A DNA stretch of 64,000 nucleotides from Eremomyces bilateralis CBS 781.70 (taxonomy: Eukaryota): assembly GCA_010015585.1 (NCBI GenBank), contig ML975158.1; one strand, given 5' to 3'. The translations under genes and the position numbers were made by a program. The notes under the pieces are model-generated. The model saw only the letters and a program-made list of their open reading frames with translations, was not told the DNA's origin and did not search any database. This document shows positions 49,618-62,214 of the stretch, piece by piece (the stretch's first letter is position 1; every line of letters begins with the position of its first letter).

Positions 49618-50395
49618 TTTGAACGAAACATCCACCAGTCTCGCCGCAATTGCACCGATTCCTTGGTCGAAAAAGAAAAATCCGAAATGTGAGTAACGAA
49701 AGTTACCTGACTAGTGAGATTTCCGACGACTTTGTTGTCCCTTGCTCTGGGTTATTTATGACTTGTCAGGAGCGACGGAATGGGAAGATCGTCGCAATAT
49801 GAAGCGGGGCAGATCGTAACCCGACAAGCAAGAGGTCCATAAGACTGAAGTTTGAGCACAGAATGTGACTCGGTTAATACGAGTATCAGTTCAATTCACT
49901 GGATCGGTGGCTCGACTGCAAGTTGGTTTCCAGGATGTTGCAGGTTGCTGGCTAATATTTTGATAATTCTCCATTTCAGTTATATGTTAGTTTATAATGC
50001 CTGCGGAAATGCAGCTACCTGGTTCAGCTTCGAGCCACATTCCCAATGATATCCCTATCAGGTGGAGCGAGTCAGGGAGCTGTGTAGTCCAGTTCTTTTG
50101 GTAGTGATCACATTGTGGCCTAGCAGGACGCTTATGCAGACGTGCAGAACCAAACTCCGCTTCATGCAGTTCCTCGCTCATAATATGCATGCAAGCGAGC
50201 AAGAACAGCATTCCCGATACTGTTTTCAAAGTAGAGAACCTGGACGGCCCTCAGTACCGGCCGTCTCGGCCACATGGATTTGGATAGGGAGGATGAGAGC
50301 AGTGTGTAGTCTACTCCACAGCGGGCACCGTCATGTAGATTAGTTTGCTAGTTCCCCACATGGGCCGACTGAAGTTGGCCCGAACGGGCGCAGGA

Positions 50396-50450
50396 ATCAA
50401 TCAATTAATATCAATCAATCAATCAATCATTCCTTCATTCCTTCATTCAT
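50396..50450. repeat. Compound microsatellite (ATCA)n/(ATTCCTTC)n
   Basis: aatcaatcaa...tcaatcaatcaatcaatcattccttcattccttcattcat. Confidence 0.7.
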
Positions 50451-50456
50451 AATATG

Positions 50457-50729
50457 CCTCCTGGGGGGGAAGAAATTGAGTTACGTTTCTTGGAATTCTC
50501 CTAACGATAACTACCACTATCACCATCATAGACAAGCCCAATTCGCTCAAAAACAGCATAATATCAAAACGTATAGTTAGTTAACTACTCTTTTCCTAGT
50601 TAGTTAATTAGGCGACTACTAATTAGAGATCTGTTTTGGTGAATTCTCCGCCGTGTTCTGGTTAAAGTCGTGGAGATGAGCTGAGGGAAATGCCAAGAAG
50701 CGTAACTCAATTTCTTCCTCCCCGAAGGA
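50457..50729. mobile_element. Non-autonomous TIR element (MITE-like), 273 bp
   Basis: ~40-bp inverted repeats: CCTCCTGGGGGGGAAGAAATTGAGTTACGTTTCTTGGAATT (from 50457) vs the reverse complement of ~50689-50729, TCCTTCGGGGAGGAAGAAATTGAGTTACGCTTCTTGGCATT. Flanked by TG on the left and TA on the right. AT/TpA-rich non-coding interior. Confidence 0.75.
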
Positions 50730-51215
50730 TAATGGGATTGCATGGTATGGTTCAGCTCATGGCTTGGCCTTGCTCCAGTTGCCCACGAGTTGGTTTGGAT
50801 TTGTCCTCCTTTCTCGCAATCCGTCGTCACTTGTGTGACATTGATTCACATATGGTATTTCTAGTTTCTACTAGTATACATACCGAGGGGCTAGGGATTA
50901 CTATGATATTGTCAAAATATTTCCCTTGCTTTGCCGTCATTCCAGCAGTACGGCCAGAACAAACGTCATGTCCAGTACATCGGGATTGAAATGGAGGGTA
51001 TGGTTGCCAAACAACGACGTTATATGCTGTGCATCCACACATCGGACACATTTGCCCATTATCCGGAAACTTTAAACAGCTACATAGCCTCAGCGAGGCC
51101 GTTTCTTCTTCTCCCCTGAATGCCCCTTCCATCTACCGTTTTTCCCCATCAATCCAGTCGGTTTGATCTTCGCATGTGCAGTCCTGTTGAATGATATAAT
51201 TTTATTACGGCAACC

Positions 51216-52766
51216 ATGGACGGAACGCAGAATTCGGCTCCTCAAACGGTTGAAGTCGATGTAGGTTTCTCGTGCTTTGTCCGGGGTTATGGGGGGCATT
51301 TGAATGTTATCCTACGGAGCTGCCGAAGCTGATACTCCGAGACTGTAGGTTGATTCTGATTCCGCATTGGCTGATGATGCGTATGTCCTACCACTTAAAG
51401 GGGTGCAGCGTTTTGGGTAACCGGGTTCAGTTCAACTGCATCCACATCTTTGGCCGAAAGCATATTCGACTATCGCCGCGAGAACGGAAGAAGCTACCAT
51501 GGTTTGTTCTCGCCCATCGGCATGCGGCTCATCCGCACCGATCTGTCTTATCTCCGTCTATTAATCTCGCTCCTTAGCATACAAGCCTGGATCCTATGTA
51601 TTTCCTTGTGACGAGGTAGGCGTTCTAAGACCCGGTCCGCATCACGGTTGTATCTGACTGGCTGCATAGAAAGAGTCCGATCGACTGGGTAAGCTCTTTG
51701 CGGTCTAGTAACGATTACCTACTGAAGAAAGAAGACTTGCAGCATCATTTGTTTCAACTGACCCTTGATGGAAAGTTGTTTCTCGCACCAGTTGGGCCTG
51801 ACCCACATCACATACTTGACATCGGTACAGTGAGTGTCTCCCGTATCCAGCGCAAGGCGAATACCTAATCATATTCAGGGCACCGGTATCTGGGCCATCG
51901 ACGTCGCGGACGAGTTTCCCAGTTGCGAGGTGATTGGCACTGATTTAGCACCGACCCAGCCCAGCTTCGTTCCCCCGAATTGCAAATTCATCATCGACGA
52001 TGCCGAGGACACATGGCTCTTCGGAAGTACAAAATTCGATCTCGTACACTTCCGGGTGATGGGAGGCTGTTTCAAAGACTGGAGGCAGGTCTTCAAGCAT
52101 GCATTCGAGTAAGTAAGTATCATCTCCCTTTTAAGATCAAGTCTGCTGAGCAGCTCAGTGCATGTGCGCCTGGAGGCTATATTGAAGTCAAGGATTTTAT
52201 CTTACCTATGAAGTGCATCGACCATACATACGCTGGCACCGCTTTGGAAGAGTGGGATAGGAACATGATTACAGCGTCTGAGAATTTTGGCAAAGAAATA
52301 TGTCAAGTCGACAGCTACAAGGGATGGTGAGTACCACTCCTCTGTTGCCTACACAATTAACAGCCCCAGGCTTCTCGAAGCCGGATTTGTTGATATCCAG
52401 CAACGCGACTTCATGTGGCCATCAAATCCCTGGCCGAAGGACCGCGTAAGTCGACTCGAGCATCGTTTTATGAGAATCATGATTAACCAAGTCCAAGAAA
52501 TTGAAGGAGATCGGCAAATGGAACGAAGTCAATATTACGGACGGCTTGGAAGGCTTTTCCCTCAAGCTCATGACTCACGGATTAGGCTGGTCGGAAACGA
52601 GCGTTCAGGTTCATATTGCACAGGTGAGGTCCGCTATACGTGATCGAGGAATCCATGCATACTTTTCTATGTGAGTTTAAGGCCTTCATTTAATTCGACC
52701 ATGACGTTAACCAAAAGAAGTCCAATTCTCTGGGGTAGGAAACCAGACGATCGTTATCCGGGGTAA
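51216..52766 (+). CDS. SAM-dependent methyltransferase (LaeA-like/Methyltransf_23), ~10 short exons
   Basis: SIFDYRRENGRSYH/AYKPGSYVFPCDE/KESDRL/DLQHH; ILDIGT/GTGIWAIDVADEFP; VIGTDLAPTQP; FIIDDAE; PGGYIE; LEAGFVDI; WPSNPWPKD; WGRKP. Confidence 0.92.
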
Positions 52767-53113
52767 CTGACATGGACTGAGCCAACCTACCACAAGCCGT
52801 ACGGCATTCCTATCACGGGCCATATACGCCCCCTGTGCTTGAGTTAAGCGTTTACAATTATGATCAGATGCCGAATAGGGAAGTTTAGGTACATATTAGG
52901 CATATACGTGTCACAAGATAGGCTTGAACGACAGGAAACATTCGATTGATATGCTGAAACACGGAATATGTATTCCAATGCCAGTACTTCAACCGACATT
53001 TTTCAACTCCTCATTGTGGTAAACATCGCCACCGAATTCCGAACCCCCATAAATGCGCGCTGATCGAAAGTCCCAACCGTTTTATTCCCATAGCGCCATT
53101 ATCATTATGCGTA

Positions 53114-53948
53114 TCACCTGTCCATGTCGTCGCTCATCTGCCCTATTTTTCTCTTCGACGGCGTGTTCCTGCCACTCTCGTCCCCATTCGTAAACTCGAC
53201 AACCTCCCACTCGACTTCGGGCCGCCCATTCGCCAACATGTGCCCTCCCCTCTGCCGCTTGACCCTCCCCAACCGCCCATCATCCACCATCTCCTCGAAC
53301 CACGGCGACCCTTTTCTCGCCACCAATTGCTCTCCACTCGACGAAGCCCGTACTGCCTGCAGTTCACCAACCTCCTCCTCCTCTTCTCCCGAAGGTAACA
53401 GCCCCAACTCCTCTAGCACCGAGATCTCTCCGTCCACCAGACTCTCCAGCGTCAGATTGATGAAGTCGGCGTCCTCCCTCGTGCTTTCGCTCCACACGCT
53501 CAGTGGCGTGCCGCAGTACCCGCAGAACTGTCGGCGCGTATGCTCGGGCGCGTTGGGCGCGTCGTAGGTCCGGCGGATCGAGGTGTGCGTCTCGTCGGAG
53601 AAGAAGCCGGTCGTGGTAGAGTGGAACCAGTCGAGAGGGACGCGTAGGAAGGCGGAGAAGGGCGCGGCTTGGTGGCGGCCTGTGGGTGGTCAGATCCCGT
53701 CGGTCAATGGCGGTGGATGGTCTTTGATGTCGAGCGCGGCGGTCACGAGTGGTATGGAGAGAAAGGCCATTTGCTAGACAACGGGTGGACGTACGGTTGG
53801 AGCTGCTTGTATCAAATTGGACCTGAGCTTCCTTTATTCGCGGCTCTGGGATATTGACGACATAGCTATTCCTTGTGCATGCGCAGACTCCATTAAGGGA
53901 TCGACAGGGCTCCCCGTCAATGAGGAGAACGCTGCCTCTGGTAGACAT
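53114..53948 (-). CDS. Divergent GFA/CENP-V-like protein, 2 exons
   Basis: LNGVCACTRNSY...FDTSSSNR/RHQAAPFSAFLRVPLDWFHSTT...RRQFCGYCGTPLSVWSE...GSPWFEEMV...VEWEVVE. Confidence 0.8.
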
Positions 53949-54678
53949 GGAGGGAATACTTGTATAGCTTGTTATACAGTTAGGAGAATAGCGAAGGCAG
54001 TTAGTGTAAGGAAATCCCCAAGTGTTTAACAAAACGCCGCCGAGAAATCATAATTCGAGCACCTGCAGATGAAGAAACGGGAGCTGGAGGGTTCGATGGT
54101 GATAACTCGGTATTATTACCGCTTCGTTGCTCGTACGACTTTTCGACTCCGAAAAGACGATGACGCAGCTGAGGCGAGGTTGAGGAGCAATGTCAGGCAC
54201 CAAGGCATAGAAGTTCTCCTGGCCTCAGCTGTATTGATCAGGTGGCAGCTCAGCAGCATCAACATCAAATTTCAACGTCAATAATCCTCTAGGATTTGAA
54301 ACTTCTCACTTCAGTACTCAGGCAGAGTATAGTTTGGTATATAGTTTTACTTGTGATTTAAACCAGACCCAAAGAGCTTCGTGTTAATGTATCCCTCCGT
54401 CAGAGCCGTTGGCAATCCATTTACAAACAATCCCCAGTGTATCGGCGATTTATATTTTATACTGAGAAGAACGCGGAGCATCACGGAGACATGGTTGAGT
54501 AGAGCCTGTAGAAATCTTTGAAGGTCGTTAATCCGAACAACATGAATAATCCTGCGTCGTCGCTCATCCAATGGTGCCTCTATTCCAAATGGCGCAATGA
54601 CTTATAAACAGTGCAGATGCCGTACCAAAATAGGTATGCCCAGAGAACAATATCACAAGGTGCGCAATATACCCCCTC

Positions 54679-57600
54679 TTAAAGAGAATACCTCTCTACA
54701 TCTCCTCCATGAGCCCCGACGGTCACCCAGTCCATCTTCTTCCCCTCCTCCGTATGGCTCCCGTTCCACCGGAGATATTTCGCTTCCTCGGATAGGACAC
54801 CCACACCCTTGCACCTGAGCCACTCATCGAGGGCCTCGAGGAAGAATTGCAGCTTCCCGCGCAGATGGTTGGCATGTGCGACGTCGACCGCGACTGGATA
54901 GTTCTCGGCATCCCATAGCAGCGTGTGGATGGGCAGGTGCAAGGACTTGCGACCGTTGATGGACTCGCGGTTCAGCGCGCTATGTTGCTCGAGGAATCGG
55001 ATACCGCCCTTGGAGAGGCAGAGGAAGTTGCAGTATCGGCCGTCAGAAGAAAGGTTGAGTTTGGTGTGGTCGGGGAAGTTGATCTAGGGAAGGTTAGCGC
55101 GTTTCATGACGAGGGGCGGCTCGGGACGAACCTGGAACGACCCATCAGTAAACCCCCATACCCCGACATTGCCGAGCCGTTGATAGAATTTGACGATAGT
55201 GTCCGGCGTCTCGGTTGCCGAGTTCGTCGCTGCGCTCTCGGCCTCGTCCGCCGACACTTGCTTCGCAAGGTACGACACGAGCTTTAGCCAGATCCCAACC
55301 TTCTCTTTCTTCATTTCAGGTCCAAGACCAACGGATCGGATGCCAGCGCCACCAAAGTCGGCGTAATATTCGAATGGCAGGGAGAGCATGGCGTCCGGGT
55401 TCTTTCGCACCTCACGCACTTTGGCGTAGCCGTTCCGCACCACGGCCAACGTCACAGGGAAGGTTGGCTTCGGTTTTTCTTTCTTCAAGACCGTTCCGAT
55501 GCTCCCGTCCTCGAGCATGTACCCAACGCCATAGGCTTTGGAGTAGTCGACCCATTTCGAAATGAACGGCAGTTTGGGCTTGGCGAGCCGACCTGGAGTT
55601 GCATATCGATTACTGAGTGCGTCAGCAATATTGTCCCGAAGGTTCGCGACGCGAGCCAAAACCGTCTCGGGATCGGTATACGGGACCTTCGGCCCTACAT
55701 CACCCGAAGGAATGCGCGTTGCCCTCGGCGCTGCGCCACCAGCATGTCTAGGAGCCACTGTCATGCCGTCTCTTGATGACGGCCTTGAACTCTGCTGGTC
55801 GACGACTGGTTTGGGCATGACAGTCAAGGCAGGCCTCTTTGGAAGAGCAATCTCCATGAGTTGGAGCTGCTCGGGCTGCTCAGGCTCTCGCAAAGGAGCC
55901 GCTCTCTTCGAATTCTTTCTCGTAACTCTGCAGGTTTCACGGGGCATTACTGGCGGCTCCTGTATATTCCCGACGATTCGTACCGTCTCCATCGCCACTG
56001 CCTTATTCCTTCTCGTCTGCCTTGTACTCTCCTGGGCCGCTGGAGGTATATTCTCCGTGTCCGCGCTGACTACAACAGTTTCAACCACCTTGGTCGTTTG
56101 CGGTATCTTCGAATCCACTTTCATTTCCGGTACTCTCGCCACCTGAATAGACTGCGATCGTTGTGTAGCAATCGCCCGGCGCTTTGGCGCGGACGCCATC
56201 GTTCGAGACGCAATAGTTCGAGCCGGTTTCCTCTGCAACTGGGCCTCGGGCTCTCTGTCGTCAGCAGTGGTAGCAGGCTCGGTATTTTCCTTCGATCTCC
56301 GTATCCGCTTTGCTTTCTCCGCCAATGCTCTCGTTGTTCCCGGCTCGTTTGCAGACGTTTCTCGCAACGCTCGGCCTTCGGCAGATGGCTCTCGTTCTTC
56401 GATGATGTCGCTCAGCTGTGCGTTGGGGTCGACCGAGAATGGATCGACCCGGTCAGGGTATGGCAAATAGATCGTTCCCTCTGGAATTGGAACCACCGGG
56501 TGGCGGCCGATTTGGAGCTCTTTTTCACAATCTCGAACGACGGACCGCAATTTTCGGCCACCGATGACCGGGAATAGCTTGCCTGGCGCAAACTCGCCGA
56601 CGCCGGAGGCTTTGCATAATCGGAACCAGCTATCTGAGAAGCCTCTTTGGATCACGGCGGCTGTTGGCGGTCGGACGGCTGGAAATCGCGGTGGTACACT
56701 CGTGCAGCTCGATTCCATGGTCTCGGGGATGAAGGCGGTCTTGAAGAACGTATGGCTGACGATCTGATCCGGACATGGTCGATCGTCCTCGTGTACGAGC
56801 AATGTCGCGACGAGATCTCGAAGATCGTTGGAGATGTCGTTCTGCGTTTTCGAAGGGTCCGGCCACTTGTAATCGCACATCTGTAGCTTCTTGTAGATGT
56901 CTTCGCGTTTTGGGGCATGGAACGGTGCCTTTCCAATGGCTAACGTATAACTAGACGATCATCAGTATTTTTCCCGCCTAAATCAAATGGTATGGACTGA
57001 CGCGATAATGCCAATTGCCCACAAGTCCACTTTTTCATTATGTCCTCTCCCTCCTTTCTCCAGAATCTCCGGGGCAAGGTAGTTTGGCGTCCCGCACATG
57101 GTCGTCCGTCTCAGCGACACGTCGTTCTTGCTCACCATGACCGCAGCCAGCCCAAAATCTCCGACTTTGATGTTCATATTGCTGTCTAGGAAAAGATTGC
57201 CTGTTTTCAGGTCCCGATGGATAATCTGTCGTGCATGCAGATACTTGACTGCCCCACACGTCTGGATCAGAAACCGTCTGATCTCGGGCATGGTGAAAAA
57301 CTTTCGTCTCTTCAGTGCATCAGCCAGTGAGCCGTTATCGCATACTTCCAAAACAACATATGTACTCGGCCCGAAAGTAAATGCACGGTAAAACTCGACG
57401 ATATTCGGATGTTGCAGCTTCGAGTGCAATTGGAGCTCAGTCACAAACTAGATCTCGTCAGATATGTTGTCCGCAATTGGCGTCAATTCATTTGAATCTA
57501 CCTTCTGTGCCATCTTCGCCGGTTCCATCTTCGACTTCACAATCTTCAACGCGATAATGCGACCGGTCGCCTTCCCTCGTTCCGCCACCTCCGCCCGATG

Positions 57601-57702
57601 GCAGATGGCGAAGCCGCCTTTGCCCAGCTGCTCACCGGTTATGTATGTGATGCCATTCGGCTCGGGCACCACGCTTGGTGGTGGGTCGGCGTGAACAGAC
57701 AT
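54679..57702 (-). CDS. CDC5: Polo-like kinase (Cdc5/PlkA), 4 exons; N-terminal start uncertain
   Basis: LGKGGFAICH (the PLK-typical GxGGFAxC), ALK, HRDLKTGN, DFGLA, TMCGTPNYLAPE. Polo box FISKWVDYSKAYGVGYMLEDGSIG and DGSFQ/INFPDHTKL. Confidence 0.95.
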
Positions 57703-58203
57703 GGTATCTGATCACCTAAAGGGATTTTCGTGGATTTTGACCTTGTTTGAATTGCTGGGGAAAGTGTGCAAGTCATGGATCTCATGATGATTGAGGAGTT
57801 GACAAACGTTGGCGTGGTTGCTACGGCGACTGGATGTATAATGCCTTAATGTCTCAGGCATAACTCCGCCCCCTGCCTACATGTAGCCACCCCTGGCCAA
57901 TTCTCCCTTTCTGCCATCTAATCTCATCTTTAACATCAATCATTTCGCAATTCTGCAACTCCTTCAGGTTCAGTAAGATCGGAATACTAGACCCGACAAC
58001 AGGATTCGAAATAAAAAGGTCTCATCACACACATTTCCTACATACCATTCGTGAAACTAGCTCTCATCGCCGACGCACATCGGGATCGCATCCGAGGAAA
58101 TCTATACTAATCCGCCTAACTTAATGACCAGTCGGCCAGTACAGGATATTCTCCATCCTGAGAATGCATGTGCATAATATATCCCAATATTGCACCATAT
58201 ATA

Positions 58204-58815
58204 TTACAATGAAGGCAGCAAAACTCCCAGTTGATACATATCTGGCGAAGCATGACTTCTGGGTATGTTCTCAAGTGGAAGCCTCTGTGTGCGCACCGGG
58301 GGTTTCTCGTCGCATGAGGATGCAAACTGAACATCTGGCATCTGCACCACTTTATCTATTGCCTCTCTTCATCTCTCATTACTCAGAACCTGCCTGGAAG
58401 TCGCCCATCTCGCTTTAATGATGCTGAGTGCTTCCTCACAATACTTATCCAGGGCTGCGACCACGAGACGGAAGCCTTGTTCCGAATTGGTCTCGAATTT
58501 GGGCATTCTCGAATGAGTAGCGGAAATCCCAGACCGTTCCGTCATCGAAATTGGGTGCTATGCTTTCCTTGTCGACAATGAAGTCCTTATATCCAAGATC
58601 CGTCGTTTCTTGCTCCCAGAAAAATTATATGCAGAAGTGTTTCATCAAAGGAACAAAGTCATCGGTGATGTTTTGCAGCGTTTCCCATTCAGATTCAAGG
58701 GCTTCCACTAGTTGGAACGAGAATTGGTCTATTCGTTTGGGAACAGCCATCGATGCCATCTTCTGAAGAAAGGCAAGGGTATTTGCTTTCGACAACCCGC
58801 GATGCGGTGTCCCAG
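58204..58815 (-). pseudogene. C-terminal half of an alpha/beta-hydrolase (SesB/LipA-like, NLR-associated type), decayed
   Basis: GTPHRGLSKA...LVEALESEWETLQNITDDFVPLMKHFCI*FFWEQETTDL..DFIVDKESIAP-[frameshift]-TERSGISATHSRMPKFE...GFRLVVAALDKYCEEA...ARW...ER*REA. Confidence 0.75.
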
Positions 58816-58819
58816 CTGC

Positions 58820-60565
58820 AGCATTGGAGGCCATCAGAAACGGCAAGACCATTCGGAGATGGGAACATATTGACAGTTTACTCAACTTTCGATGTGTCTT
58901 GGGAATTCCTTGCAATAAAGCAAACCTTCGAGAACAAAGACGCACCGGACTTGCTCAAAGTACTATTTTTTTACCATTGTGAACACATTCGAGTCGATAT
59001 CTACTTCCGAGCAGTGGAAATCGAAAGGAAGTCACAGATAAAGATGTCGCTTCTTTTGCTTCAAGATTACGGAGCGCTCTAATCCGGCGCCCCAGGGTGC
59101 CGAAGCCGCTACCAAGTTTCCTCAAATGCGAAAAGACTGAGCCTAACATGTACAAAGTCAAGAGCGCGGTTCGAGAACTAGAGAGTCTTTCCCTTGTCAG
59201 CCAAGATAGAAAGGACGGCACGATCTCACTCCACCCATTGGTCCACGCCTGGGCTCGAGATGTCCTGTCGGACAAAAACGCGAGTTTTGAGGATGTATTG
59301 CTCTGACCATGTTGCTAGAGTCCGTCTCGTTCCCTTCCAGAGAATCCGGCATTGCAGATAGGGAGCTTCACGAAGCCACTGTGCCGCACCTTGATCACTG
59401 TCTCCTTAACGCTGGGCAGTTTTCCTTGATGCCAGCTGGTTCACACGGAGAGCCGAAAATAAACCTACTCACGCTTTTTAACCCTACTTCGTTGTTCCTC
59501 CTCCAGGAACAGATCGAAAATTCCGCAAAATGCGGCTATGTGTATGCGAACAGGGGTCGATTTGACCAGGCCGCTCATCACCTACGGATGGTGAAGGATG
59601 CCCTGATCTGGGTACTAGGTCGGAACAACGAGAAGACCATGATGGCAATGCTGAGGCTAGAAGCCGTATGTTGGGGTCTAGGATAGTTGGAAGACGCAAT
59701 TCGGCTGCAGACCTCCGCAGTACAGGCACGGTCGAAACGTTATGGATCAAAAAAGGAGCAAACACTTCAAGCCATGGATCAGTTAGGACGATCGTATTGG
59801 CTCATGGAAAATATGATGAAGCACTTCAGCTGCAGAAGACTACAACAGAAGGGATGGAGTCGACTATGGGTCCAGATAATCCCCAAACGCTGGCCGCACT
59901 CGGGTTACTCTAGGATCCTGGCATCGGTATCAGGAAAGCCTGGATGTCCATCATAAGGTCTTGAGAATTCGGAAAAAGAGTCGGAGAAACACATCGACAT
60001 GCTTAGTACAATGAACAATCAAGCCATAGCTCTGCTTGATCTTGGGCGTTTGTCCGAGGCATTGCCTATTATGAACAAGGTTTATATCCAAAGACAAAGG
60101 CAGCTTGGCAAAGAGCATCCTTGGACCCTGTGGGCCCTATGTAACCTCTCGAAGATCCACATTGAGATGGGAAACCTCCAATTTGCGGGTGATCTGCTTC
60201 GCTGGGGCATTGAAGTAGGAAAGAGAAGTCTGAGCAAAGACCATCTAGGCGTCCTGATGGGTTCCGGCGAGCTTTCCCGCGTTTATGCTCGAGAGGGGAG
60301 ATTGGGAGACATGGAACAACTATCTCTCGAGACGATCAAATTGATCGAAGCGTTTCGTGGCATCGACCGTCCGGACTCCGTCTACGGCCTCTGGAAGTTG
60401 GCGCACCTGTACGAGCTGAAACAGGAGGCCGACAAGGCTGCTCAGACGTGTGTCTCGCGCTGGAAAGAGTTGACATGCGCATCAGCAGGAGTTATCCATT
60501 GGCGACGAAGCTCGAGGACGTGCTTGGACGTCTCAGTCATCTTGAGGGCGGTTCGCAGTAGATGA
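58820..60565 (+). pseudogene. C-terminal part of an NLR-like NB-ARC + TPR gene, decayed
   Basis: Helical/WHD region TVYSTFDVSWEFL...DLLKVLFFYHCEHI...LESLSLV...ISLHPLVHAWARD. Kinesin-light-chain-type TPRs follow (LGRNNEKTMMAM, TLQAMDQLGRSYWL, QLGKEHPWTLWALCNLS, DHLGVLMG). Several stops and frameshifts; no P-loop. Confidence 0.85.
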
Positions 60566-62214
60566 CGCGACCAACACCAATTAGCAAGGAAGATCCACAA
60601 CACCAGATCCGCAACACCAGACCGCCATCCGGTTGCGGATACACCATTATCGGACTTGGTGGGCAGTTGTTTTTGCGCGGTTGTCGAGCACTGGGATAAA
60701 GTACGGTGGCTTTAAGCAGGTATGAATCAAATATGTGGGCAGCGATGCTTGTAAATGGTTTTGCGGCAAGGAGAAAGGTACCGTAGCGTTTGCATTGAAT
60801 TATAAGGGCGTCTTATTCCGTATAGTACTTGAGCGTGTACATCTCGAATGCCTGCGTCTCGCATTCCGCTTGCGTTAGTAGGACTGGAACACCCAGCTGA
60901 GTACTTCTCCCAGAATCCCATGACGGATCAATCACACTGCCCCATGTCTCTCATACCTCTCAACCATTTGACATATTCGACATTCAATATCTGCTCGCTT
61001 CTGGTCTCACGTGTCTGTCTACCCATTTCATAATTCAGTTCATCATACTTTATCCTCTTTACACGTGTTTACCTAGAGCTTGGGGCGAGAGCAATGCTAG
61101 AGAATCTCCGATCGCCACCGCCCTCTCACTGGATGTCCATTAGACGCTTAATACCCAACTACAATGCCCGTTCGGTGAAAGCATCTTCGTCGTCTCGCAA
61201 GGATCCTCGGTCAAGCGGACCTTTCCTTGGGCCCTCGAGCTTCCACAGATGACCACCCCGACCCTTTTACCAGCCCTACAAAATGGTCTAGGCTGTGTTC
61301 ACCCGCTCTAAGGCTTCCATATATCCCCTAAGTGCAACAGCTTCGCTTGCTTGGGAGTACGGCACGTTGGACTTTCACGGAACCTTGCGCAATCCAGACT
61401 TATTTTGTCAGGGCTTCCTTTCGCTTATATCCGCTCCCGGCCGCCCGAAGCGTCATGCATACCAAATCCCCGTGCGAGTTGTAGCATCGGTGATGAGAAG
61501 CGGTGATGGTTACGCTTTCTGCCCCGTGGAATACAGAGCTCCACCTCATAACGCCTTGGGTATGTACTTACTTCCTCCAATCCGGAGTCAGATCACAGTT
61601 CCCTATCCATAGTAGAGCATCCCGAATCGTTGATAGCTCGAGAAGACTTTCTTCGCGTATCGACGTGGCATACAGCCATACTCACTAAAAATGGGAAGCG
61701 AAGCAGGGAAGCAGAGGGGAAGAATTGAGATGAGGTTGATATGCGGTGGGGCTACTCCAGAAAAGGAGAGGCTAATTTCCCGGACCTAGCCCAAAGTGGG
61801 CATCCGCAACATGCTGGGGCGCGGGCGATCAGGATGATCTTCTTCAAACTCCGTATCCATTTCCCCAGACGATATTAAAATCCAAAGCAGCAACAAATCA
61901 GGTTAACGCGATCGTATGCTCATTCGATCCCAGCTATATTAATGCTTCCGTTCAGTCCCACTCGCCTATCGGGCAGCCCCGGTGTCAGCAAAATGCGAGA
62001 AAAATACTCCCATTGAAAAAGCGAAGATCGAACAGCCTCGAGAGGATCGAGAGTTCCGAGAACCCCTCCTTTGAGTCTCGCCAACGCCTAGGCCGATGCG
62101 GAGATTTCAGCATCTGAATTAGTGGATCCGCATCGCAGAGCCGTCCCGAACGCCGTTCAAAGTCTATCTGCAAGTAAGAAAATAAGCCGAAAGAAATTCA
62201 CGGACGAAAGTCGA

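Noticed and set aside
58204..58350. Possible amyloid signalling motif at the hydrolase C-terminus
   Set aside because: The tail lacks the G/N/Q-rich pseudo-repeats of HET-s, sigma or PP motifs.
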